Below, in pieces: positions 9,180 through 19,111 of a stretch of DNA of 41,223 nt. This stretch comes from Solirubrobacterales bacterium (GTDB taxonomy: Bacteria > Actinomycetota > Thermoleophilia > Solirubrobacterales > 70-9), in NCBI GenBank assembly GCA_035462545.1, contig DATHUE010000191.1, positions 1-41,223 of the forward strand, in the 5' to 3' direction. The stretch's first letter is position 1, and each line of letters starts with the position of its first letter. Both the position numbers and the translations under genes were made by a program. The notes under the pieces were generated by a model. That model worked only from the letters and a program-made list of their open reading frames with translations, was not told where the DNA came from and made no database searches.

Positions 9180-10337
9180 ATGCGCCGCCTGGTCCTGCTC
9201 TGCTCGGCGATGGTCTTCATCGACGTCGCCTTCTTCTCCGCGATCGCGCCGCTGCTGCCCGATTACGTCGACGAGCTGGGGCTGAGCGAGGCCGAAGCGG
9301 GGATCCTCTCCGCCTCCTACGCCGCCGGCACGTTGTGGGCGGCGCTGCCGGGAGGCTGGGTCGCCACTCGGATCGGCCCGCGGCGGACGGTGATCTGCGG
9401 CCTGCTGCTGCTCGGCGTCACCAGCGTCGTCTTCGGCTTCGCCCGCAACATCGTCCTGCTCGACGCTGCCCGCTTCGTCCAGGGCATCGCCGGGGCGCTG
9501 ATCTGGGCCGGGGCGCTGACCTGGCTGATCACGACCGCTTCCGAGGATCGCCGCGGCCGGGTGATCGGCACGGCGCTGGGGACGGCGATCGCCGGCGCCC
9601 TGCTCGGCCCGGCGCTCGGCGCGGTCGCCGGCGCGCTCGGCACCGAGGTCGTCTTCGGCTCGATCATGGCGATCACCTCCGCGCTCGCCTGGATCTGCTT
9701 GCGCTTCCCCGAAGCGGAGGTGAGCGAGCGCCAGGACCTGCGCGAGGTCGGGGCGACGATGGTCAGCCGGCCGGTGCTGAACGCGGCCCTGTTCGTCGCC
9801 GTCCCCTCGACGATGTTCGGGGCGATCGAGGTGCTGGTGCCGCTGCGGATCGACGACCTCGGCGGCGGCCACGCGGTGATCGCCGCCGGCTTCATCGCCG
9901 GGGCGGCGATCGAGGCGACGCTGGCACCCCTCGCCGGCCGCTACTCGGACCGGGTCGGGCGCCGGCTCCCGTACGTCAGCGGCCTCTCGGTCTGCGCGGT
10001 GACGATGACGGCGATCGGGATCGCCGGTTCGCTGGCCGGGGTGCTGGCGGCGCTGATCGTCACCTCGGTCGGCGCCGGGTTCTGCTTCGCGCCGGCGATG
10101 ACGATGCTCTCCGACGCCGCCGCGGCCACCGACCTGCACCAGGGCTTCGCCGCCGGCCTCTCGAACATGGCCTGGGCGATCGGGCAGGTGCTGGGCGGCG
10201 TCGGCGGTGGCGTCGTTGCCGACCTCACCGGCAACGCCCTCCCCAGCATCCTGATCTCCGCTCTTCTCCTGGCGACCGTCCTCTACGCCTTCCGAGCCCT
10301 GGCGCCGCGGCCGAGTGGACACTTACCGTCGCTATAG
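9180..10337 (+). CDS. MFS transporter (12-TM type)
   Basis: The start is MRRLVLLCSAMVFIDVAFFSAIAPLLP. An MFS motif-A-like stretch, GGWVATRIGPRRTV, is present. Hydrophobic helices run throughout. Confidence 0.85.
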   Translation: MRRLVLLCSAMVFIDVAFFSAIAPLLPDYVDELGLSEAEAGILSASYAAGTLWAALPGGWVATRIGPRRTVICGLLLLGVTSVVFGFARNIVLLDAARFVQGIAGALIWAGALTWLITTASEDRRGRVIGTALGTAIAGALLGPALGAVAGALGTEVVFGSIMAITSALAWICLRFPEAEVSERQDLREVGATMVSRPVLNAALFVAVPSTMFGAIEVLVPLRIDDLGGGHAVIAAGFIAGAAIEATLAPLAGRYSDRVGRRLPYVSGLSVCAVTMTAIGIAGSLAGVLAALIVTSVGAGFCFAPAMTMLSDAAAATDLHQGFAAGLSNMAWAIGQVLGGVGGGVVADLTGNALPSILISALLLATVLYAFRALAPRPSGHLPSL

Positions 10338-10379
10338 CCACGGTAAATGACCACTCGGCGGCGTACTAGGCTGAGGTGG

Positions 10380-11696
10380 ATGGCGAGGCGGGCGCGAGCG
10401 GCGGGCACCTGGGTCAACTGGGCGGGCGACCAGCGCTGCCGGCCGGTGGAGACGGTGCGGCCTCGCTCGCGCGACGAGCTGGCTGAGGCGATCGCGGCCG
10501 TCGCTGCGGCGGGGCGCACGGTCAGCGTCGCCGGCTCCGGCCACTCCTTCACCGAGGCGGCGATGACCGAGGAGACGATGGTGCGGGTCGAGGCGCTGGC
10601 CGGGGTGATCGACGCCGACCCGGGCTCCGGCCTGGTCAAGGTCGGCGGGGGGACCGGGCTCGCCGCGCTCAACGAGGAGCTGAGCCGGCTCGGGCTGGCG
10701 ATGGAGAACCTCGGCGACATCGACAGCCAGACGATCGCCGGGGCGATCTCCACCGGCACCCACGGCACCGGGGCGAAGCTGCGCAACATCTCCGCCCAGG
10801 TCGAGGGGATGGAGATGGTGCTGGCCGACGGCAGCGTCCGCCAGCTCAGCGCCGCCACCCATCCGCAGCTGCTGCGCGCGGCCCGGGTCGGGGTCGGGGC
10901 GCTGGGGGCGATCTCGGCCGTCACCCTGCGCTGCGTCCCCGCCTTCACCCTGGAGCGGGTCGACACCGCCCGGCGGCGCGAGGAGGTGCTCGACACCTTC
11001 CAGGCGGACGCCGACGCCCACGACCACTACGAGCTCTTCACCTTCCCCTACGCCGAGCAGGCCCTGGTGCTGGAGCGCAACCGGACCGCTGCGCCGCCGA
11101 GGCCGCGCGGCCGGGCCGGCACCTTCCTCAACGACACCGTGCTGGAGAACTGGGCGCTGGGGGCGCTCTCGGCGACCGGCCGCGCCTTTCCCGCGGCGAT
11201 CCCGCACCTGGCCCGGCTCGCCGGCCGGCTCGCCTCCGGCGGCCGCGCCGTCGACCGCAGCGATCGCGTCTTCGTCAACGAGCGCCGCGTCCGCTTCACC
11301 GAGATGGAGTACGGGGTGCCGCGTGAGCACGGGCCGGAGGCGGTGCGGCGGGTGATCGAGTGGGTGCGCTCGAACCGCTACCCGGTCTTCTTCCCGATCG
11401 AGATGCGGATCGCCGCCGGCGACGACGCCTCGATCAGCCCCTCGCACGAACGCGACACGGTCTACATCGCCGTCCACCAGTACAGGGGGATGGAGTGGCG
11501 ACCCTACTTCGAGGCCGTCGAGGAGATCATGGACTCCTACGGCGGTCGCCCCCACTGGGGCAAGCGCCACTTCCAGACCGCCGCCACCCTGGCGCCGCGC
11601 TACCCAGCCTGGGCCGAGTTCCAGCGCGCCCGCGACGAGCTCGACCCCGGCCGGGTCTTCACGAACGAGTACGCGGCGCGGGTCCTCGGCCCGTAG
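10380..11696 (+). CDS. FAD-linked oxidase, D-arabinono-1,4-lactone / L-gulonolactone oxidase-like
   Basis: The N-terminus is WVNWAGDQRCRPVETVRPRSRDELAEAIAAVAAAGRTVSVAGSGHSF. The segments GDIDSQTIAGAISTGTHGTG and C-terminal GGRPHWGK are typical of the ALO domain. ATG 10380 is preceded by GAGGTG. Confidence 0.85.
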   Translation: MARRARAAGTWVNWAGDQRCRPVETVRPRSRDELAEAIAAVAAAGRTVSVAGSGHSFTEAAMTEETMVRVEALAGVIDADPGSGLVKVGGGTGLAALNEELSRLGLAMENLGDIDSQTIAGAISTGTHGTGAKLRNISAQVEGMEMVLADGSVRQLSAATHPQLLRAARVGVGALGAISAVTLRCVPAFTLERVDTARRREEVLDTFQADADAHDHYELFTFPYAEQALVLERNRTAAPPRPRGRAGTFLNDTVLENWALGALSATGRAFPAAIPHLARLAGRLASGGRAVDRSDRVFVNERRVRFTEMEYGVPREHGPEAVRRVIEWVRSNRYPVFFPIEMRIAAGDDASISPSHERDTVYIAVHQYRGMEWRPYFEAVEEIMDSYGGRPHWGKRHFQTAATLAPRYPAWAEFQRARDELDPGRVFTNEYAARVLGP

Positions 11697-11705
11697 GCCG
11701 TACCC

Positions 11706-12908
11706 CTACGGGAAGGTCTGGCCGTCGCCCCGGTAGGTGGGGACGACGTCGACGATCTCGCCGCCTGCGACGAGGTGCAGGGCGTCGAAGTGCTCGCAGA
11801 GCTCGCCGGCTTTGGCGTGGCGCAGGTAGACCCGGTCGCCGACCCCGAGCCCGGCGGCGGGCTCGCCCAGCAGTGGCGTCTGCACCTCGCCGGCGCCCTC
11901 CTCGGGGTCGAAGCGCAGGCCCGGCGGCAGCCAGGGGGTGGGCAGCCGCGCCGCGTCGCCGGCGCCGGAGGCGAGGAAGCCGCCCCCCAGCGCCGTCGCC
12001 ATCTTCGGCGCCGGCTTGCGGACGATCGGCAGCGCGAAGCCGGCGGCGGGGGAGAGGCTGAAGCGGGTGTAGTGGTCGAAGAGGGCGGGGGCGTAGAAGC
12101 CGGAGCCGGCCGTCACCTCGGTCACCGCCGGCTCGGCACCGGTGAATTCGAGGCTGCCGGTGCCGCCGCCGTTGACGATCTCCAGCTCGGCGTGCTCGCC
12201 GATCGCGGCGACGACCGCCGCTCGGCGCTCGGCGATCTCCGCGGCGGAGCGCTTCTGCATGAAGCGGATCGCCGCGCCGCGCAGCCGCCGGCCCGGCGGC
12301 TTGTCGCCGACGCCGGAGATCTGGCCCTCGTAGGCCATCAGCGCCACCAGGCGCAGCTTCGGACGGCGGCCGATCTCGGCCGCCAGCGCCACCGCCTGCT
12401 CGGTCGTGTGCACGGGCGAGCGCTTCGGCCCGATCTTGACCCGGTCGGCCAGCCACCACCAGCTCGCGTCGAGATCGATGCAGAGCCGGACCGGGGCGGC
12501 ATCGGCGCCGAGCACCGACTCGATCGCGTCGAGGTGCTCGACGCAGTCGACCATCACGATCGGCGCCCCGTCGGGGTTGGCGACCGAGCGCAGCGCCAGC
12601 TCGCCGAGGGCGCCTGTGTCGGCGGTCGGGTAGGCGAGCAGCAGGTCCTCGAAGCCCTGCTCGGCCAGCCACAGGGTCTCCGGCAGCGTGTAGGTCATCA
12701 CCCCGGCGAAGCGCGGGTCGCGGGCGAGGATCGCCTCGATCAGCGCCCGGCTGCGGACCGACTTGCTGGCGACCCGGACCCGCTTCTCCCCGGCCCGCTC
12801 CAGCATCGAGTCGGCGTTGGCCCACATCGCGTCGAGGTCGACGAACGCGAAGGGCGCCTCGACCTCGGCGAAGATCTCCTCCAGCTCCGCGTGCGTGCGT
12901 GCCGCCAT
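11706..12908 (-). CDS. Fold-type III PLP enzyme (alanine racemase N-terminal domain; D-amino-acid deaminase/aldolase-like)
   Basis: The segment FAFVDLDAMWANADSMLERAGEKRVRVASKSVRS contains the candidate PLP lysine. The barrel-like length is 400 aa. The precise activity was not determined. Confidence 0.7.
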   Translation of the reverse strand: MAARTHAELEEIFAEVEAPFAFVDLDAMWANADSMLERAGEKRVRVASKSVRSRALIEAILARDPRFAGVMTYTLPETLWLAEQGFEDLLLAYPTADTGALGELALRSVANPDGAPIVMVDCVEHLDAIESVLGADAAPVRLCIDLDASWWWLADRVKIGPKRSPVHTTEQAVALAAEIGRRPKLRLVALMAYEGQISGVGDKPPGRRLRGAAIRFMQKRSAAEIAERRAAVVAAIGEHAELEIVNGGGTGSLEFTGAEPAVTEVTAGSGFYAPALFDHYTRFSLSPAAGFALPIVRKPAPKMATALGGGFLASGAGDAARLPTPWLPPGLRFDPEEGAGEVQTPLLGEPAAGLGVGDRVYLRHAKAGELCEHFDALHLVAGGEIVDVVPTYRGDGQTFP

Positions 12909-12966
12909 CGCCGCAGCCTACCCCCGCGGGCGCCGGTTACTTCCTACAATCGGTGCCGCGGTGCCC

Positions 12967-13055
12967 GGAGAGGTGGCCGAGTGGCTGAAGGCACTCGCCT
13001 GCTAAGCGAGTAGGGGGCGCAAGCTCTCTCGAGGGTTCGAATCCCTCCCTCTCCG
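12967..13055 (+). tRNA. tRNA-Ser (anticodon GCU)
   Basis: The sequence is GGAGAGGTGGCCGAGTGGCTGAAGGCACTCGCCTGCTAAGCGAGTAGGGGGCGCAAGCTCTCTCGAGGGTTCGAATCCCTCCCTCTCCG. The anticodon stem is CTCGC/GCGAG with loop CTGCTAA, and there is a long variable arm. Confidence 0.92.
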
Positions 13056-13073
13056 TTGCAGCTTCCTATCGAA

Positions 13074-13982
13074 ATGCCGGCGGCGAGAGCCCTCGTCGCG
13101 ACCCTGGTCCTGCTTGCGATCGGCGCTGCCTCCAGCCCGGAGGCCGGTGCAAGCGAGTGGCAGGAACTGCCCGTGGTGCCGGCGCTCGGCCCCGTCGTCG
13201 CCGGTCATCTCGAAAAGGTCGCGAGCCGCGGTGCGCGGCTCGGCAATCACCCTGGGGTGGTCGCCAAGATCGGCGACAGCATCACCGCCTCGCCGTCGTT
13301 CCTGCAGGCGCTGGCGTGCTCGCCGCCTCTCCTGGGCCGCTGGAGCGAGTTGCGCGGGACGCTGGGGTTCTTCGGGCGGACCTCCGTCCCGGCGGGGTCC
13401 GAGGAAGCCCAGTGCCCGGTCAGCAACAGCTACTCGCGGCTGGGATTGGCCGCCGTCGGCGGCTGGCGGGCGGCCGATGCGCTGCTGCCACGCGAATCCT
13501 TCCCGGAGTGCGGTGGGTTGCCGGCCGTCAGCTGCGAGCTCGAGCTGATCCGCCCTTCGGTTGCGTTGATCATGTTCGGCACCAACGACCTCAAAAGCAT
13601 CAGCGCCGCGCGGTTTCGCCTCGACCTCGCCCGGCTCGCGAGGCTCGTCTCGAACGCGGGAGCCATTCCCGTCGTCAGCACGATCCCGCCGCGGGCGGCG
13701 CCATGGCTCTCGTCGCGGGTCGCTCGCTTCAACGCCGAGATCGCCGCCCTGGCCGAGAACCGGGCGCTGCCGCTCTGGAACTACTGGCGCCAGCTGGAAG
13801 AACCCGGGGTTCCCGGCGACGGCCTCAGCCGCGACGGCGTCCACCCGAGCGTGCTCTGCCCGCCCTGCACCGCCATCGACTTCCAGCCCGCGGGCCTGCG
13901 ACAGGGGTACGCGCTGCGCAACCTGGGGGCGCTGCAGGTGCTCGATCGCCTGCGCCGGGAGGTCCCGCTGGTGGAGGGGTGA
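13074..13982 (+). CDS. Secreted SGNH/GDSL-family hydrolase
   Basis: A signal peptide is present (MPAARALVATLVLLAIGAASS). Block I is KIGDSITAS, block III is FGTND and block V is DGVHPS. Confidence 0.75.
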   Translation: MPAARALVATLVLLAIGAASSPEAGASEWQELPVVPALGPVVAGHLEKVASRGARLGNHPGVVAKIGDSITASPSFLQALACSPPLLGRWSELRGTLGFFGRTSVPAGSEEAQCPVSNSYSRLGLAAVGGWRAADALLPRESFPECGGLPAVSCELELIRPSVALIMFGTNDLKSISAARFRLDLARLARLVSNAGAIPVVSTIPPRAAPWLSSRVARFNAEIAALAENRALPLWNYWRQLEEPGVPGDGLSRDGVHPSVLCPPCTAIDFQPAGLRQGYALRNLGALQVLDRLRREVPLVEG

Positions 13983-13992
13983 CGCGTTCGCC

Positions 13993-15156
13993 CTAGCCAG
14001 GGGCGTCACGGGTGTGCGCCAGCTTCCTCGCCAGCTTGCGAGCCCCGCGGACCAGGGCGTAGGTCCCGACGGCCAGGGCGAGGGTCCCGCTCACGGTCAG
14101 GAAGTAACGGGCGGGGATCGTCAGCTCGGTCTCGGCGAGGGAGCTCTGGAGCGCGACGAGGAACGGGATGTGGACGAGGTAGATCCAGAAGCTCGCGTCC
14201 GACAGATAGCGCAGCGGGCGCGACTCCTGGCGGACGTACCGGGCAAGCACGCCCCAGATCCCGAACAGGGTGAGCCAGCAGACGAGGCCGACGGTGAGCA
14301 GCCCGTAGAGGCGCAGCTCGTCGATTTCCGCCAGGACCCCCGCGGTGCCGACGTTGCCGGTGAAGTCGCCGTTGTCGTAGAAGAGGAGGAACGCCGGCAC
14401 CGCGATCAGCAGCCCGGCCGCGAGCCGTAGCCAGGCGCCGCTCTTGAGCTCCTCGACGAGGTTGCCCTGGCCGCTGAGAAGCCAGCCGAAGAAGAAGAAG
14501 AAGCTGTAATACGCAAACAGGGTCGGGGCGGGGATCAGCGAGCTTGACGCGGTCCCGCCCGCCACCCAGCCGGTCTTGGTGATCAGGATCGCGGCGCTGA
14601 CCGACGCCAGGGCGGGCACGGCCCACCACGACCTCATCAGCCTGCGGAAGCCGCGGTTGAGGGCCGCTCCCAGCGCCGGCGCCCGCTGGATCGCCAGCCA
14701 GATCCCGATCGCGATCAGGGAGATCATCAGCAGGTAGGCGATGAACCAGAGGTGCCGCGGCGTCAGGTTGAAGACGTTGGCGAGCTCCAGCTCCCGCTTC
14801 GGCGGCAGCTTCTCGTTGCGCGGCCAGAGTGCCGCCGCGCCGATCACGAGGAAGTTGGCCAGCGGCACGACGGTGAGCATCCCCACGGCCAGGGGCAGGC
14901 CCAACCGGCGAAACCGGGAGCGCAGCTGCCGGGCGGCGGTCGATCGCCGCAGCGCGCTGGCGGCCAGGAAGCCGGAGATCGCAAAGAACAGGGGCATGTG
15001 CCAGGTATGGACGAACCAGACCACGGCATCGACGATCTCGCGGCCCCCGTCGCCCTTCTGGACATAGCGGGCGGCGTGGTAGGGAATCAGCAGGAGGATC
15101 GCCGAGACGCGGATCGCATCCAGGTGATGGCGACGTTGGCTCCCGTCCTCAGGCAT
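13993..15156 (-). CDS. Acyltransferase family 3 (membrane O-acyltransferase)
   Basis: The N-terminus is RHHLDAIRVSAILLLIPYHAARY, followed by about 10 TM helices. The start was chosen at ATG 15156 (MPEDGSQ); the track ORF extends to 15189. Confidence 0.8.
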   Translation of the reverse strand: MPEDGSQRRHHLDAIRVSAILLLIPYHAARYVQKGDGGREIVDAVVWFVHTWHMPLFFAISGFLAASALRRSTAARQLRSRFRRLGLPLAVGMLTVVPLANFLVIGAAALWPRNEKLPPKRELELANVFNLTPRHLWFIAYLLMISLIAIGIWLAIQRAPALGAALNRGFRRLMRSWWAVPALASVSAAILITKTGWVAGGTASSSLIPAPTLFAYYSFFFFFGWLLSGQGNLVEELKSGAWLRLAAGLLIAVPAFLLFYDNGDFTGNVGTAGVLAEIDELRLYGLLTVGLVCWLTLFGIWGVLARYVRQESRPLRYLSDASFWIYLVHIPFLVALQSSLAETELTIPARYFLTVSGTLALAVGTYALVRGARKLARKLAHTRDAPG

Positions 15157-15239
15157 AGAGTCAGAGTAGGTGCTGCGGTGCGCCAGCACTCTTTTTCGGG
15201 GCTGAGCGGCGCGTGCTCGGCAGCCTCTAGAGTCAGAAC

Positions 15240-16697
15240 ATGCGGGCAGATCCCAACCCGGTGCGCGCCGCCCACATCGGGCGGCGGACGAAGATCATCG
15301 CCACGGTCGGGCCGGCGAGCTGGGAGCGCGGCGTGCTCGAGCAGCTGGTCGACGCCGGCGCCGACGTCTTCCGCCTCAACTTCTCCCACGCCGGGCCCGA
15401 GCGCCAGGCGGAGACGATCTCGGCGATCCGCGCCGCCGCCGAAACGGTGGGGCGCGAGGTCGCGGTGCTGGGCGACCTGCCGGGGCCGAAGCTGAGGATC
15501 GGCGAGCTGCGCGACGACGTCGCCGAGCTGGAGACGGGGATGCACGTGACCCTGACGCCGCGCGAGGTCGAGGGCGACCGCGAGACGATCCCGGTCGACT
15601 GGCCGGGGGTGACCAAGCTGCGCCCCGAGCAGCTCGTCTACCTCGCCGACGGGGCGATCCGGCTGCGCGTGCGCGATCCCGATCCGGAGGGGGTCGAGTG
15701 CGAGATCGAGGTCGGCGGGACGCTCTCCTCGCACAAGGGGATGAACGTGCCGGGCGCCGAGGAGCTGCCGCGCGCGACCACCGACGGCGACCTCGACTGG
15801 GTCGGCTTCGCGGTCGAGCACGGGGTCGACCTGCTCGCCGTCTCCTTCGTCTCCTCCGCCGCCGACCTGGAGCCGGTGGCGGCGCGGCTGCGAGAGCTCG
15901 GCTCCGACATCCCGCTGATCGCCAAGATCGAGAAGCGGGAGGCGGCCGAACACGCCGAGGAGATCGTCGAGGCCGCCACCGGCGGGATCATGGTCGCCCG
16001 CGGCGACCTCGGAATCGAGGTGCCGCTGGCCGAGGTGCCGGTGATGCAGAAGCGTCTGATCCGGATCGCCGGCCTGCACTCCAAGCCGGCGATCACGGCG
16101 ACCCAGATGCTGGCCTCGATGGTGACCGCACGGCGGCCGACCAGGGCCGAGGTGACCGACGTCGCCAACGCGATCTACGACGGCACCGACGCGGTGATGC
16201 TCTCCGAGGAGACCGCGGTCGGCAAGAATCCGGTCGAGGCGGTGCGGGTGATGGACCGGATCGCGCGCGCGACCGAGCCCGACCTGCGCTACGGCGAGTG
16301 GCTCTTCACCCGCACCGATCAGACCACCCAGGACGTCGCCGACTCGGTCGCCCAGGGTGCGGTCGGGGCCGTCTATCGACTGGGGCTGAAGGCGCTGGTG
16401 GTGCCGACGACGAGCGGCCGCACGGCGCGGCTGATCTCCGCCCACCGCCCCAACGTGCCGGTGCTGGCGATCTCGCCGCGGCCCGAGACGGTGCGCCGGC
16501 TCAGCCTCCTGTTCGGGGTGACCGCGGTGCTGAGCGACCACGCCGCCGAGGTCCGAGGTCTGCTCGACGGCTGCGCGGCGCTGGCGGCGCGGCACCGGAT
16601 CGCCGCGCCCGGGGAGCTGATCGCGATCACCGCCGGGCTGCCGGAGCAGGGACTGGGCACGAACCTGTTCGAGGTCCACAGGGTGCCGGCTGAATGA
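15240..16697 (+). CDS. pyk: Pyruvate kinase
   Basis: Matching blocks are RRTKIIATVGPAS, FRLNFSHAG, VLGDLPGPKLRIGEL, GIMVARGDLGIEVP and ATQMLASM. The C-terminal allosteric-type domain is present. Confidence 0.95.
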   Translation: MRADPNPVRAAHIGRRTKIIATVGPASWERGVLEQLVDAGADVFRLNFSHAGPERQAETISAIRAAAETVGREVAVLGDLPGPKLRIGELRDDVAELETGMHVTLTPREVEGDRETIPVDWPGVTKLRPEQLVYLADGAIRLRVRDPDPEGVECEIEVGGTLSSHKGMNVPGAEELPRATTDGDLDWVGFAVEHGVDLLAVSFVSSAADLEPVAARLRELGSDIPLIAKIEKREAAEHAEEIVEAATGGIMVARGDLGIEVPLAEVPVMQKRLIRIAGLHSKPAITATQMLASMVTARRPTRAEVTDVANAIYDGTDAVMLSEETAVGKNPVEAVRVMDRIARATEPDLRYGEWLFTRTDQTTQDVADSVAQGAVGAVYRLGLKALVVPTTSGRTARLISAHRPNVPVLAISPRPETVRRLSLLFGVTAVLSDHAAEVRGLLDGCAALAARHRIAAPGELIAITAGLPEQGLGTNLFEVHRVPAE

Positions 16698-16710
16698 GGA
16701 CGGAGGAGCG

Positions 16711-17499
16711 ATGAACGCGTCTGGAAGCCCGGTGCGGGTCGAGCGCGACGGCGGCCTGGCGGTGCTGACCCTCGACAGCCCGCCGCTGAACCTGTTCGAC
16801 GCGGCGATGATCGACGGCGTCGAGGCGGCGGTCGCGGCGCTGGCGGCGGAGCCGCCGCGGGCGCTGCTGATCCGGGCCGAGGGCCGGGCGGTCTCCGGCG
16901 GCGTCGACGTCCACGTCTTCGAGGGGCTGAGTCCGGCCGAGGCGAGCGCGCTCTGGGACCGGCTGCTGGGGATGATCGACACCCTGGAGGCGCTGCCGGC
17001 ACCGACCGTCTTCGCCGCCCACGCGCTGACCCTGACCGCGGCCTTCGAGATCTCGCTCGCCTGCGACCTGATCCTCGCCGCGCCGGGGGCGCAGTTCGGT
17101 CTGGTCGAGAAGGTCGTCGGGCTGACGCCCTCGATGGGCGGCACGCAGCGGCTGGCGGCGCGGGCCGGCAGCGGCCGGGCGCGGCAGTTGGTGATGACCG
17201 GCGAGCTGTTCGGCGCGGAGGAGCTGGAGCGCTGGGGCGCCGTCAATCTCGTCCTCGACGGCGATGACTTCGACGCGCAGGCGCGTGCCTTCGCGGCGGA
17301 GCTGGCAGCGGGGCCGACCAGGGCGCACGCGATGACGAAGCACGTCCTCGCCCGCTTCCGCGAGGGCGGGGTGCCGGCTGCCGACGAGGCGGTCCGGCGG
17401 GACGCCGGCGAGCTGTTCGCAACCGCGGACCTGCAGAACGCTGTGCGGACCTTTCTGGAGCACGGCGGCCCGGGGCACGCCAGCTTCGAGGGCCGATAG
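16711..17499 (+). CDS. Enoyl-CoA hydratase/isomerase (crotonase) family protein
   Basis: The product contains LTLDSPPLNLFD and the oxyanion-type region RAVSGGVDV. A segment reading ALTLTAAFEISLACDLILAAPGAQFGL is also present. The length is 262 aa. Confidence 0.88.
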   Translation: MNASGSPVRVERDGGLAVLTLDSPPLNLFDAAMIDGVEAAVAALAAEPPRALLIRAEGRAVSGGVDVHVFEGLSPAEASALWDRLLGMIDTLEALPAPTVFAAHALTLTAAFEISLACDLILAAPGAQFGLVEKVVGLTPSMGGTQRLAARAGSGRARQLVMTGELFGAEELERWGAVNLVLDGDDFDAQARAFAAELAAGPTRAHAMTKHVLARFREGGVPAADEAVRRDAGELFATADLQNAVRTFLEHGGPGHASFEGR

Positions 17500-17509
17500 G
17501 GTCCCGGCC

Positions 17510-17968
17510 ATGGCCGACTTCGACGCGATCGCCAAGGGGATGACGCAGGCGGTGCCCTTCGCCGGGCACCTCGGCCTGGAGATCACCTCGATCGCCGAGG
17601 GCGAGGCGACCGTCGTCCTGCCCGAGCGTCCCGAGCTCGGCAACCACGTCGGCTCCCAGCACGCCGGTGCCCTCTTCACCGTCGCCGAGACCGCCTCCGG
17701 GGCGGCCTTCGTCGGTGCCTTCGCCGAGCGCATGGGCGACGTCACCCCGCTCGCCCGCAGCGCCGAGGTCGCCTACGAGAAGATCGCCAAGGGCCCCATC
17801 ACCGCGACGGCGGTGCTCGGCGTCGCCAAAGACGACGCCCTTGCCGCGCTCGACGCCGACGGCAAGGTCGAGTTCCCCTGCCAGGTCGTCCTCGCCGACG
17901 AGGGCGGTCAGCAGGTCGCGAGCGCCACGGTGCACTGGCACGTGCGGCTGAACCAGCCGGCCGCCTGA
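17510..17968 (+). CDS. Hotdog-fold thioesterase (PaaI/DUF4442-like)
   Basis: The product contains PFAGHLGLEITSIAEGEATVVL and GSQHAGALFTVAETASG, followed by a beta-rich C-terminus. It lies immediately downstream of the crotonase gene. Confidence 0.72.
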   Translation: MADFDAIAKGMTQAVPFAGHLGLEITSIAEGEATVVLPERPELGNHVGSQHAGALFTVAETASGAAFVGAFAERMGDVTPLARSAEVAYEKIAKGPITATAVLGVAKDDALAALDADGKVEFPCQVVLADEGGQQVASATVHWHVRLNQPAA

Positions 17969-18011
17969 GCGCCGCGCGTTTCGAAGCGCTCCCAGCGGGC
18001 ATCCGTCCCGC

Positions 18012-18956
18012 ATGACGAGCGAGAGAGAGAAGCGCAGCGGCTGGTTCGCGACCCTGAAGCGGACCGTCACCGAGTTCCAGGAGGACAACCTCAGCGACTG
18101 GGCGGCGGCGCTGACCTACTACGGGCTGCTGGCGCTGTTCCCGGCGCTGATCGCGATGGTCTCGCTGGTCGGCCTCTTCGGCGACCCGAAGTCGACGACG
18201 AAGGCGGTGACGGAAATGGTCACCGCGCTCGGGCCGAGCTCGGCCTCGGACACCTTCGCCGGCCCGATCGAGTCGCTGACCGAAAACCGCGGCACCGCCG
18301 GGGTGACGCTGGTGATCGGCCTGGCGATCGCGCTCTGGTCGGCCTCCGGCTACGTCGGCGCCTTCATCCGCGCCTCCAACGTGATCTACGAGACGCCCGA
18401 GGGGCGGCCGTTCTGGAAGCTGCGACCGCTGCAGATCCTCGTCACCCTCGTGATGGTCCTGCTGGCGGCGCTGGTCGCGCTTGGGCTCGTCCTCACCGGT
18501 CCCGTGGTGGAGGCGGTCGCCGAGCCGATCGGTCTCTCCGGCACCGCGGTCGACATCTGGAGCATCGCCAAGTGGCCGGTCCTGGTGGCCGTCTTCCTCG
18601 TCATGATCGCGGTCCTCTACTACGCCTCGCCGAACGCCAAGCTGCGCGGCTTCCGCTGGGTCACGCCCGGCAGCATCGTCGCGATCGTCGTCTGGGCCCT
18701 CGCCTCCGCCGCCTTCGGCCTCTACGTCGCCAACTTCGGCTCCTACGACAAGACCTACGGCACCCTCGGCGGCTTCATCGTCCTGCTGATCTGGCTCTGG
18801 CTCACCAACGTCGCGATCCTCCTCGGCCACCAGCTCAACGCCGAGCGCGAGCGCAGCACCGAGATCGCCGAAGGCGAGCCCGGCGCCGAGCGCGACATCA
18901 AGCTCGAGCCCCGCGCCGAGCCCGATCCGCCCGACACCAGCGGCGGTCAGCCCTAA
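18012..18956 (+). CDS. YihY/BrkB-family membrane protein
   Basis: The N-terminus EFQEDNLSDWAAALTYYGLLALFPALIAMVSL is the family signature. The product has 6 TM helices. A C-terminal acidic tail follows. Confidence 0.9.
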   Translation: MTSEREKRSGWFATLKRTVTEFQEDNLSDWAAALTYYGLLALFPALIAMVSLVGLFGDPKSTTKAVTEMVTALGPSSASDTFAGPIESLTENRGTAGVTLVIGLAIALWSASGYVGAFIRASNVIYETPEGRPFWKLRPLQILVTLVMVLLAALVALGLVLTGPVVEAVAEPIGLSGTAVDIWSIAKWPVLVAVFLVMIAVLYYASPNAKLRGFRWVTPGSIVAIVVWALASAAFGLYVANFGSYDKTYGTLGGFIVLLIWLWLTNVAILLGHQLNAERERSTEIAEGEPGAERDIKLEPRAEPDPPDTSGGQP

Positions 18957-19009
18957 GCCCTAGAATCGCCTCCCTGCGGAAGGCGCCACCCAAGCCTTTC
19001 CCAGTGCAA

Positions 19010-19083
19010 GCGCCTGTAGCTCAGTTGGATAGAGCGTCGGTCTACGAAACCGAAGGTCACAGGTTCGAATCCTGTCAGGCGCG
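19010..19083 (+). tRNA. tRNA-Arg (anticodon ACG)
   Basis: The sequence is GCGCCTGTAGCTCAGTTGGATAGAGCGTCGGTCTACGAAACCGAAGGTCACAGGTTCGAATCCTGTCAGGCGCG. The anticodon stem is TCGGT/ACCGA with loop CTACGAA. Confidence 0.92.
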
Positions 19084-19111
19084 CTGCAATCTGATGCAAG
19101 CCCACCGGCTC

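Noticed and set aside
7497-10322. 941 aa minus-strand ORF, the longest in the track
   Set aside because: The translation is Arg/Gly/Asp/Pro low-complexity sequence. It runs antisense or out of frame through three well-supported genes (the ASST-like gene, tRNA-Ser and an MFS gene). This is a classic high-GC shadow ORF.
15087-17246. 719 aa minus-strand ORF antisense to pyruvate kinase and the crotonase gene
   Set aside because: The plus-strand frames carry unambiguous pyk and crotonase motifs. The antisense product is low-complexity.
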